Source of the DNA: Hormiphora californensis
Taxonomy: Eukaryota; Animalia; Ctenophora
Direction of reading: 5' to 3'
Assembly: GCA_020137815.1 (NCBI GenBank)
Contig: CM035351.1
Span: 8,928,001-8,992,000, forward strand
DNA length: 64,000 nt
Shown in pieces: positions 37,401 through 48,300 of this stretch. Each line of letters opens with the position of its first letter. Within the stretch, counting starts at the first letter, position 1. A program made the position numbers and the translations under genes. The notes under the pieces were generated by a model. That model was not told the origin of the DNA and did no database searches. It was given only the letters and a program-made list of their open reading frames with translations.

Positions 37401-39125
37401 TTTCTTCTAATTTGTCAACTTTTGAGTCACCCATGCAGCTCGCTTGGTCTCCAACTATAGAATTGAAATGGATTACTGCAGGGGTATCCATGCACACTAG
37501 TAAGGCTGGCCTACTTGCACTAAACTTTCCATTTGATCTGTTGAAACTGTAACGGAGTTTCAGGCTACATTCTAAATTGTTCATCTAGTAGCCTTTCTTT
37601 GTGAAACCGTGAAGGGGTTTCCTGCATTATAATATTTAGAAGCACTGAATTTCTGGTTCATATGTCAATTGTCCTTGACCCCCAAAGTTATTAACCCGGG
37701 TGTTACTCACCAAATCTGAGCTTAGTGCAGTTGGATCGCTGCGCCCAGTTAACTCGATAACTGGTCAAAATATAGAAAGTAGATTGTAGATTTAAATCAG
37801 AGCTGACAATTATATAATCAATATAAGTTAAGTAGTTAATATATTCAAAAATTCCGATGTTCGAGAGGTCCAATTGGCTGAATTGGACCGTTTTTGGCTT
37901 GAAATGTTGTAGCAGTCCTAGCACCTGCAGCTGTGTGACTGGCTCGGGGCCACGAGATCTTATGGCGAACTTCTGTTAACTGATGTATACCGCACACAAA
38001 AATGGGAACGTACAAATGTAAAGTTAATGCTAAGCACAGAGAGCTTTGTTCGGCTGGATGTGTTCTGGTAGTGCGTTGACAGCAGCGCATTGCCGGGGGC
38101 GGCAACACAAACTGGCGAGTAGTCGGGGCGATTGACAACCAAACCGGCTACTTGTAAAGACACGACGTGGTAGGTCCATTCTCCCGGGTCCGCCCAATAG
38201 TGGAGATGGGATCGTCAATCGACCAGTCGGTAGGTTGGTTGGCGGTTCTGTGTCACCAGCGCCGTTGGACTGTTGTTTGGGGTTCACCATAAGGGACAAT
38301 GAGAAGCTTCACAACCTTCTACAGACTCCTAACGTCCCCCTCATTGTTCCCATTTGATATCAGTTATACACAGTAGTCTGCAAACCAAATATAGTAGGGT
38401 CTAATGAAGTCGATTGTTGAAGTTATAAAATTTGGGAAATTAAAAGGCCGCCGAGTCCTGCACCTCTCCCACCTTAATATCTTTGATGACAACCACAAGT
38501 TAACAATGTATTTCTCTTCAACTAAACACCACCAGGACTTGGCACCAAGGCCAGGTGTTTAGTTGAAGAAGTCTTCATTCCATGTACCTAACTCCCCTCC
38601 CCCAACCCCAGGTCCTTTGAGGTCAACATACCACGCCGCTGCTTGGGTTGAAAAGACTTGGAACCTACAGAGCCTTGAACAACGGTATGTTATGATAGCA
38701 GTTTGACAGCACATTTTCTTCTAATTTGTCAACTTTTGAGTCACCCATGCAGCTCGCTTGGTCTCCAACTATAGAATTGAAATGGATTACTGCAGGGGTA
38801 TCCATGCACACTAGTAAGGCTGGCCTACTTGCACTAAACTTTCCATTTGATCTGTTGAAACTGTAATGGAGTTTCAGGCTACATTCTAAATTGCTTCATC
38901 TAGTAGCCTTTCTTTGTGAAACCGTGAAGGGGTTTCCTGCATTATAATATTTAGAAGCACTGAATTTCTGGTTCATATGTCAATTGTCCTTGACCCCCAA
39001 AGTTATTAACCCGGGTGTTACTCACCAAATCTGAGCTTAGTGCAGTTGGATCGCTGCGCCCAGTTAACTCGATAACTGGTTAAAATGCAGACAGTAGATT
39101 GTAGATGTAAATTAGAGCTGCCAAC
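31446..39125 (+). repeat. Tandem array of about 1.31-kb units (5 full plus partial flanking copies), each one exon plus one structured intron
   Basis: Exon-to-exon periods of 1315, 1308, 1313, 1312 and 1320 bp. Copies differ by scattered substitutions and indels. Confidence 0.97.
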
Positions 39126-39698
39126 TATACAATACAGCAGGCTTTGTGAAATTCCCCACGGTCATAGCTCCATCTTCTGATGAGATGTGAAATTTTAGGA
39201 CTCCTACTACTCTACTAGGAGGGTTGTGACCCTTAAAAAGATATTATACAACATCTTTAGTTGTATTGGTCGAACGGTGGATATCACACTTTCTATCCTC
39301 AAATAACAATGAATGACCATTTAGCCAGCTGTAGTTGTGTGTTGTAGTTTAGGGCTGGGTTTCATTATGTTTCCTTCATTTTAGTTTGATGTTAACCGTT
39401 GTATTTTCCACAGGAACTGCACAGATACACAGGATTGATTTTGTAGAGATGCGACACTCCAGGAAAAGCTGATCGATCTTGTTGAGTAACTCAACAAGAT
39501 CGATCAAGATGTCAATTATTGACATGGTGGTAATAACTCTAGAGTTGGTATAAAGTTGGAAATTTGAGAGTTGGAATACTTTTGACGCGTATTGGACATT
39601 TGAGAGTTTTGACTTATTTGTAGTTTTACAGTATTGTATTGCTTTGTCTAAATGTGGATACTTATTAAAATTGTTGTATTTGTTGTAAAACCCAGGTA

Positions 39699-39928
39699 AA
39701 AACTGTTATAGCCCTAACCAACACTTGATTTCTGTGTATGCTTCCCACAGTGCGAAGATAGAGACGTCATAAAGTCAACTCATAGGTTAGAAAAATATTG
39801 ACAAGATCTTTCTAACCCCTGAAAGATCTTGACAAGATTAATCTGAGTTGACTTTATGATGTCTCTATCTTCGCACTGTGGGAAGTAAACACAGAAACCA
39901 AGTCTTGGTTAGGGCTATAATAGTTTTT
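39699..39928. mobile_element. About 230-bp imperfect palindrome (foldback/MITE-like)
   Basis: AAAACTGTTATAGCCCTAACCAA...GTCAACTCA versus TGAGTTGAC...TTGGTTAGGGCTATAATAGTTTT. Confidence 0.7.
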
Positions 39929-40257
39929 GCTTGATTTTAACTTGAATAACGTGTGTTGATAATGATATGTACTGCTTTTGAACCGTTTTGCAAAACAATA
40001 CTTATTTGACCAAAATAAAATTTACGAGTTTTTTATTGTTTGTTTGTTTGTTTTATCATGGTTCCGCGCAGCCCCTGTCAGAGCAGACCGGAAATGAAAT
40101 TGCGTGCTGATCAGTTCCTCGGGATCAAAATATTCTTGTTTTATGGGTTGTCGATGCGCGTATTTGTTTTGCGCGTTTCTCGCGCGGCTCTTATTTAAAT
40201 TATTTTAGACAAAATAAAATATCACGACGCGACGAGATTTCAGGGGCCAGCGTTAAA

Positions 40258-40850
40258 ATCGTACTGAGCACCTCAGGGGGTCTGGCTCCAGAAAGCAACA
40301 GGATCCTCAGAACACTAGCAGGAAAGATGGTGAAGGAGCATGGGAATACCTACCGTGAGGCAATAGAATACCTCAGACTCCGCATCCGGTTCGCAATCCT
40401 GAGAGTGTATGAAGATCTGGACTCTAATAGTTATAAAAAATGTATATACAAGGACTTAATTGACAACAGACATTAATTATTCTAATTAGTTTCTCGAACT
40501 GTGAGTATTGGAGCCTCCTTCGAATGGCCTGGGCCTATACACAAGGTGTATGTGTTACCGAGCGATTCGAAGTAGGCTTCACCGCTTTAGAAAGTCGTTA
40601 GTTTTGCCTGTGTGTGATTTAGCATATGTAAGTGCTCTTCTAGCAGTATACTACAAAGCGGATTATTAAATATTAAATATTTGTATGATGATGATGATGA
40701 TGTCTGATAGCACTGCGGGGCACGCGAGTGAAAGTCCATCATGCACCAATAAACAATGTGGACCTTAACCTTATTTGAACATTTGTTAGGGCTCCCCCCT
40801 TTTTTAGAATTTATATTTTGTACAGTGTGTAGGCGTAAAGATATATGTAT
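40258..40850 (+). mobile_element. 3' end of a CRE-like (restriction-like endonuclease) non-LTR retrotransposon, interrupted by another retroposon
   Basis: IVLSTSGGLAPESNRILRTLAGKM...YLRLRIRFAILRV [insertion] LIALRGTRVK...NLI* (TGA 40776-40778), resembling the C-terminus of CRE-clade ORFs. Confidence 0.7.
40409..40701 (+). mobile_element. Short LINE 3' end with an (ATG)n tail, nested inside the CRE-like ORF
   Basis: Removing it restores FAILRV-C-LIALRG. It has a short ORF end (YEDLDSNSYKKCIYKDLIDNRH*), a UTR, and GATGATGATGATG. Confidence 0.65.
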
Positions 40851-41013
40851 TTACTTTACTTCAAACAGCAATCCGACAATACCGGGTTCCATGATGGATA
40901 CGAGGGTACTCTCGACACTTCGGTGTTGTACCACTTTGCAGGTTCACTCTGTGACCGATCGTGGTGTGCGTTTATTATCTGAGACCCCGGTGTCGGATTG
41001 CTGTTTCTTTAAA

Positions 41014-41211
41014 ATCTGGGTGTTTGGTGAGTGCTGACAAACGGTTTTTTAGGGTTAGGGCTAAAGTGGGGTTAGGGTTTGGGTTGGGTTCCCCCTACCA
41101 GATAAACTTTGAATTAGCCAAAACGGTTGAGTGGTTTAGCGGTTAGAGCCATTTTAGTGAATCAACTTTTTGGCAGCACGCACCTGTAAACAGGCCGCCA
41201 AACACCCAGAT
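41014..41211. mobile_element. Small inverted-repeat element with internal telomere-like (TTAGGG) motifs
   Basis: ATCTGGGTGTTTGG ... CCAAACACCCAGAT; TTAGGGTTAGGG...GGGTTAGGGTTTGGG at about 41049-41090. Confidence 0.5.
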
Positions 41212-41474
41212 CGTAACGGCGCCCGAGATTTCACTTCAGCTTCGGCATTTCTTAAAATGCGTTGCAACCCCCTGGCAGGCGCATGAGGGGCTGCAGCGTA
41301 TGCCATCACCTTTTCACGCCTGTGGTTTAAAAATTGAAAAGTGCTACATACCTTTTTTACTCTACAATCCCCAACTCTGTTAGTTAGACGTCAAAAACGT
41401 GCACACTAATGACTAAGGGACCGTAGTGCATGCCAAAAAATAAAATAGAAAATGATTGTAAACCATAATAAAGT

Positions 41475-41975
41475 TCAAGAGCCTCCAAGAGCGGACCCTA
41501 TCCAAAAGAGACCATGTCCAAGAGCGCACCACAACCAGAAGAGACCACAATCAAGAGCGCACCACATCCAGAAGAGACCACTCCAAGAGATATGAACGTT
41601 ACGCTCCAGTTATAAATTGGAAACTGACATCAGTTTGGAAACCGACGCCAGTTTCCAGCTGGGACACTCCTGGTACACCATGCTGCGTGCGACATTTAAG
41701 ATCACGTGACCGAATTTCGATGTGAATTGCGTAGGCGCCGCACGTAGTGTCAGAACTGCTAAAAAACCGGGACCTAGAAACCGACATCAGTTTACAGTTT
41801 TGTAACTGGTCCCTTACGCTCCAGTTGCAAACTGGAACCAGTTTCCACACCTGTTGGAGATTCCTAATAAGCCATGATGCACGACATCATGCCACACGAT
41901 TTTAGCAGTTCAAATAGAAACTTGTAACGCCTGGAACCTGGCGTCAGTTTCCAAATCTGAACTGGGCCCTTACAG
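41475..41975. repeat. Short degenerate repeats: about 33-bp CAAGAGCGCACCAC units, then scattered TTACGCTCCAGTT / AACTGG motifs (likely DNA-element remnant)
   Basis: CAAGAGCG at about 41486, 41519 and 41552; TTACGCTCCAGTT at 41599 and 41814. Confidence 0.5.
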
Positions 41976-42341
41976 TTTGTTAGTAAATTAACCTCGTTCC
42001 ATAGGTTCAATGAGTTCTAAAAAAGCTTCACAGCATGCTGTGATGGACGACGATTACTTACCTGCTAAGGAAGAGGTGTCGACTGAAGAGAAGGTCTGGT
42101 TAGATACATGGGATTTAGAACCTGGGTTTAAACACTACGTCAGAGAGAACTACAACACAAAATCATCCGATAAAAATACTCCTAAATTAACGTCTAAGTC
42201 TAACTAACAAATAACAATGTACCTATATAACTTTTTAATTTCTCTGTTTTTCCATTGCAATTTTGAGATACCATGATACTTGTTTTAGCTTCCATAACAA
42301 TATGTTGCCCATCGATAACTTCACAACAACCCTCTTTAGCA

Positions 42342-45300
42342 ATGTTTCACTGCAGCAAACAGAGGAGCATGATGTTCAATTCAGAGCGAGATATACAAGA
42401 AAAACGAGCAGCTGTAAATGAGAGATTCAAGGAGGAAAACCCTGCGTGTTCAGAGTACTTTATGACACCAGAAGAGGAACGCCTTCTGTGTCAGAAGTTT
42501 GAGAGGGAGCTCCTTCGCTTTTGTAAGGTCAGTACACTCGTATAGCCTCCTTCCGAGTGCTAAACACAGTGGTTAATTAAACAAGTATCAGCGTTTTCAA
42601 TCAGCCATCAATTTGTTATATTCCCAACATTTCTCTCCTTTCTGTCCCTCTCTTTTACTCCTCAGCTCTCTCTCTCTCTTATATCACATGTTTTGAGTGT
42701 TAGTGATTAGTCAATCGAGTTGTTGCTTGCGTAGAAAACTTCTTAGAATTGTCTTTGGTTGGTTCAGCAGGACGGCAAAGTTTCGTTATGAATATCAGTC
42801 CGTTGACAGAGAGAGTCAGTAGAATTACTATAACTGATAGAGAGAACACCTGCGGATAGAATGGTGTAGGATTAGTGTGTTCATTCGCATTGATTGATAG
42901 TCTTAACTAAACTGTGGTTACCTGTTTTTTCCCTGGAATGAGAACCAAGGCCGGAACAACAGTAAAAGCCAGTGCCAGAGCCATAATGGAGCAAAAGAAG
43001 ATGTGCATAGATTCTTTGTAGTTGTTTGGGATTTTCCTGGTCAGGAATCCCAGATAACTTGAGACTAGGAGTAGGAGGGTGGAGTATGCCATAAGAGCAA
43101 TGGATAGGGTATCCTCAGGAGGTTTGCACAGTGCCGTGATGGACATATTCTCCTGGAGATAGTCCTCAACGGATATCTTTCTCGTGAACCTAGTTGGAGT
43201 TGCTACATTTGGCTTCTTTCTCAAAAACATTTCCTCGCATTGGATTCTGAGATGTGCTGATGAGATAAAGTATATTTGTCGATTAACTGTACCTGAATCG
43301 TGGATCTAGAAAGCTCCAAAGCAACATCAATATGAAAGGTATCGCCAGAATAAAGGAGTAGAAATAGACGTACCAACCCTTCACATATCTGGGAATAGAG
43401 ATTAGTAATACAGTCGGACCCAGATTTACCGGGCACCCAGATTTACCGGTAAATCGGGATCCGACTGTACCTCATCTGCAGTGGTGAGAGAAATATTCAA
43501 ATTATTTTGCTTCTTACTTGACATATTGTCGTTTTGTTGGGAAGTTGAATATCACCATAATCCGTAGTGTTCGTATCACTACAGGAACGAGAACGAGAAG
43601 AGAGAACAAATGTGCTGTTAGCACCACGCCATCACACACCACCTGGCCTGGGAGGGGGAGGTTGACACTGTGTTAGTGCTCAGGAATAGTTCCAAGTAAA
43701 GGTGTACAGCAGGGAACAAAATACAGGGCAGGTGAGAAGAAGCCCGACCGGTTAAGGGACCCTTTAAAGTGAGAGAGAACAGCAGGGATTTTCACAAAAA
43801 GTTGTCTGGATACTCCTTGATGGCGAACTAAAACTTTAGTGAAAACCGCATGTCTCTAGCATGTTTTTGAAAATTGAGCTAACACATGCGAGACGCACCA
43901 TAATGGGCCCATAATGCTCTCTTTTCGGAGCGTGTTCGTCTCGGCATTGCGCGTCGCGGGTGCAGGAGCTAGCCCGGGTGAGCGAGCTAACAATAGTGAA
44001 CTTCCATGCGATATAGTACATCGCGCGCATGTAATTGCACTATTGTTAGCTTGTTCGCCCGGGTTTGGTACAGTCTGCGACGCGCAGTGTTGAGACGAAC
44101 ACGTTCCGAAAATGCAGGATTATGGGCGTAACTGCATGTACAATATGAATTTACGCCCATTATAGGCCCATAATGGTGCGTCTCGCATGTGTTAGCTCGA
44201 TTTTCAAAAACATGCTAGAGACATGCGGTTTTCACTAAAGTTTTAGTTAGCCATCAAGGAGTATCCAGATAACTTTTTGTGAAAATCCCTGCTGTTCTCT
44301 CTCACTTTAAGGGACCCTTTTAGGGACCCTTTAAGGGACCCTTTTAGGGACCCATTAAGGGACCCTAGAAAGTTAAGGGACCCTTTAAGGGACCCTAGAA
44401 AGTTAAGGGACCCTTTAAGGGACCCTAGAAAGTTAAGGGGCCCTTTAATGAGGTAGAACGAATCGTGAGCAGTACCCTCGTATCAGTTCACATTGTAAGC
44501 GGTTCCACTGCTAATGAGGTGCACCGAATCGTGGTCAGTACCCTCGTATCAGTACACATTGCAAGCGGTTCCGTCGCTAATGAGGTACACCGAATCGTGA
44601 GCAGTCCCTTAAGGCCAGAGGGGGGGGGGGGGGGGGGTCGACCGATTTTTGACCCCCATTTTGGGCCATTTTCGGGGTTACCATCATGTGATAGCGCTTG
44701 GCATACCGGACCAGATGGATATGACAAAATGTGTTGTGCGCGAACGGTCTGGGAGAAAAATGGGGTTAACTTTTGGCCTGATATCAATGTAAACCCCATT
44801 ATTTTAGGACTGGTAGGGGTAGGGACATCTGACTAAGTGTCAAACGCTGTGTCTTAACAAGAGGGATCACTCTGCAAATTTTTACACCATAAATCCAACT
44901 GATCTTTGAATTATTTGAGGTTAACTAAATCTGGAAAAATGGCTATTATGGCTCTCCTCTAAACCCCATCGTTTCACAGGACTAGCCAATTCCTGAAATA
45001 ACGGCTAGGATCTAGACCTTGTCGTTTGGTACACTTGTTCTACAGACCTAGGAGCCTGAAACTTATGTAGCGATTTTTGATTTAGGTCCCCGTTCAAAAA
45101 TTATTGAGGTTAACGTGGATATTTTCTCGATCAAAAATGTGTTAACCTCCATAATTTTTGAACGGGGACCTAAATCAAAAATCGCTACATAGGTTTCAGG
45201 CTACTAGGTCTGTAGAACAAGTGTGCCAAACGACAAGGTCTAGATCCTAGCCGTTATTTCAGGAATTGGCTAGTCCTGTGCAAAACTGGGGTTTAGAGGG

Positions 45301-48300
45301 GAGCCATAATGTCGATTTTTCCAGATTCTGTTAACCGCAAATAATTCAAAGACCAGTTGGACTTATGGTCTAAAAATTTGTAGAGTGATTCCTCTTGATA
45401 AGACGAAGCGTTTGGCACTAAATTGAATGTCCAAAACCCTACCAGTCCTAAAATAATGGGGTTTACATTGATATCAGGCCAAAAGTTAACCCCATTTTTC
45501 TTCCAGACCGTTCGCGCACAACACATTTTGTCATATCCATCTGGTCCGGTATGCCAAGCGCTATCACATGATGGTAACCCCGAAAATGACCCAAAATGGG
45601 GGTCAAAAATCGGTCGACCCCCCCCCCCTCTGGCCTTAAAGGGTCCCTTAACCGGTCGGGCTTCTTCTCACCTGCCGAGGAGAGACAGATACAGAGACTG
45701 AGACAGAGACAGCGACAGAGACAAAGACATCGACAGAGGCAGAGACAGAGGGAGAGAGAGATACAGAGACTGAGACAGAGGGAGAGACATAGAGAGGGAC
45801 AGAGACAGAGACAGAGGGGGAGACAGAGACAGAGGGAGCGACAGAGACAGAGACAGAGATGTGAACCGATATACGGTACTGCTCACTGCTCACGATTCGG
45901 TGCACTTCATTAGCGACGGAACCGCTTGCAATGTGTACTGATACGCTCGAGGGTACTGACCACGATTCGGTGTACCTCATTAGCAGTGGAACCGCTTACA
46001 GTGTGAACTGATACGAGGGTACTGATCACGATTCGTTCTACCTCATTAAAGGGTCCCTTAACTTCCTAGGGTCCCTTAAAGGGTCCCTTAACTTTCTAGG
46101 GTCCCTAAAAGGGTCCCTTAAAGGGTCCCTTAACTTTCTAGGGTCCCTTAAAGGGTCCCTTAAAGGGTCCCTTAACTTTCTAGGGTCCCTTAAAGGGTCC
46201 CTTAACCGGTCGGGCTTCTTCTCACCTGCCAAATACAGTACCCCGTATACGGTATAGTATACAGCAAGGCTACACCAAACCCCGCTTATTAAAACAGAAA
46301 AGCTAGACCAAATTGCACAATGCACATACCTGGAGGACTAGATACGAGGGCAGCGTTAGCGATACCACAATACATTCCAGGAAACATAAAGGTAGCGAGG
46401 TCTCTTCCTGAAGCTTTTACAGCGGGAGTCTTCCATTTGTAGACATAGCATCCTGAATGATGGGTTAATTGATGTAACTGTATTTGGGATCAATTAACAG
46501 TTTCCATGTTACTATTATAATCACCTAGTGTAATTGAGACTATCACTCCTGATATGACAACCAGAGTCAGGATAATGATACCAAAATATCTTCCCACCAG
46601 ATCGACACTACTGGGTGTCAGGCTACAATTGGTCCTCTCCTTGTTCACCCAAGGTTTCATTCTCACACAGGTTACAGTGTATGGCATTGGTGGTGTTTGA
46701 GAATCTGTTTCCCTCACATTCATAACACTCCCAGCAGTTAGTCTCGCCAACCCTGTGTTGCCCGGGGGTGCAGTCCTTACTGCACTGCGTGTGGAGACCA
46801 GTGAAATCCACTATCCTAACGGAGAATAGAGATAAGCTGCCAGCATTATTGAGGGAAACTACACAATCCAAGACGTGATATCTTACCTTTCTATTTCCAG
46901 TTGCAAGAGGTTCATGGCAGTTGAATTAACGCTAGACCACAACTCTTTCTTTCGATTGAGGACCACTTCAAACTCGATAGGTTTTCTACCCTTCTCAAAA
47001 ACACCAAAGTAATTTTGGGAGTGTTTATGGAACTCTGCTATAAGTTCAGTTTGTAACCTTGCATCAATGAATTTCAGAGGAAAGTGTTCTCGTTGTATGT
47101 GTTGTTGAAGGAGAGTTAGGTTGGTGGATTGAAGAGCATCAAAGAACGCCCTCATCGCATAATAATATCGGTGGTTGTAGCCAGAGAAGCCATTAGCTAG
47201 AATATAGTCCTCAAAACACCCCTCAACCGTCTTATCACCACACTTTTTTTCCATCAGATGATCTAGTAATTTATTCCCCGTGGTCCCATTAACTGATGAT
47301 TGTGACACGTTACTGACCAGTTCATTCGCCTCAGCTAGTGGTCTATTGACTTGACATAGTTTGAAGGAGTAACTGCCCTCTGCATGGACATCAGTAAGGC
47401 CTCCATCTTGACACGTTACTGTGGTGCTGATCATTATCGCCGAAGAGTTACCGCCTGAAAAGTTTTAAATTAAACTACTATTGATCCAACCACTGAGCCC
47501 ATTACCACTACCTGTTAATTGCTGCATACGGTGAAGCATGATTCGTGTATCACTTAGTCTACACAGAGATAGTACCACCAATACCCTCCCATTGTTTGAA
47601 GCGTTAGTTAGGGCCCGCTCAAGGTCCAACATCGCCAAGTCCAGGGCGGAATCTGCCACGTGAATGATATTTTCTACATCTATCTTCATGTTCTCGAGGT
47701 ATTTTAGCAATATTGGCAGTTGAGATCGACCAGTTGCGGTGTCTGGATCAAATAGTACCGTCACAATATTAGCTCTAGTCATCGCAGTTAAGCTGAAAAA
47801 CGTAGGGGTTGAGATACAAAAAGGACTTTTTGTCCCTGCTATCTTCTAAATATATGTAGTATCGAAATTTCAGGTCGATATCTCAATATATGTAGTATCA
47901 ATATCAATAATAAGAAGCAGCATAATTTATGGGCCACCCATGTATACCTTGGGAAAACGTGTGTAATTTGATCGGTTAGAGTAGGTTTCAAAATGATGAT
48001 AGATCCATGCCCATTGGACATCTCCACGACCTGGTCAGAGATGGCACTAGAACCGAGGGTAAACGTTGGAAGCCTGAAAGACAATGATATTGAATGACAA
48101 ATGCTAGGAGTGTGTTTAAAACAGATTAATAAAGAGACCTAGTCTGTTAAAATGTGTACATCACAATAGTTGTATCTTGCCTGTATTGAGCGAGAGTTGG
48201 GGCACAGTCACTTAATTGGTAACTGTATGAGAGACCAAAGACTCCAATTATGCCGTCATATCGTGACAGAATGACATTAAGGGCCATAATTGAGTTTAGC

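Larger units (their letters stand above)
29240..39690 (+). ncRNA. Spliced, apparently non-coding host transcript (snoRNA-host-like) with tandemly repeated exons
   Basis: Canonical exons: up to 29291, 29728-29820, 29967-30088, six copies of a 73-79-nt exon (32044, 33359, 34667, 35980, 37292, 38612), and a last exon from 39414 with ATTAAA at about 39664. The only ORF I traced across the spliced exons is about 34 aa. Confidence 0.65.
43727..46230. mobile_element. Second Merlin-like non-autonomous element (GG termini, 8-bp TSD) in a GPCR intron, with an extra internal right end at 45676
   Basis: GGCAGGTGAGAAGAAGCCCGACCGGTTAAGG...CCTTAACCGGTCGGGCTTCTTCTCACCTGCC. TSD AAATACAG at 43719-43726 and 46231-46238. 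Subterminal TTAAGGGACCC arrays. Confidence 0.87.

Noticed and set aside
32127-38299. Repeated minus-strand ORFs (67-166 aa) in the 1.31-kb units
   Set aside because: They have no recognisable domains, frames differ between copies through indels, and the splice signals point to the + strand.
31446-39125. 5S rRNA, SL RNA, snRNA or histone tandem cluster
   Set aside because: None of the diagnostic sequences of these families was visible on either strand.
41049-41090. Telomere or interstitial telomeric array
   Set aside because: It has only a few degenerate TTAGGG units inside a small inverted-repeat element.
42010-42207. 65-aa ORF just upstream of CCNH
   Set aside because: An acceptor-like site precedes it, but I recognised no homology or partner exons, so support is insufficient.
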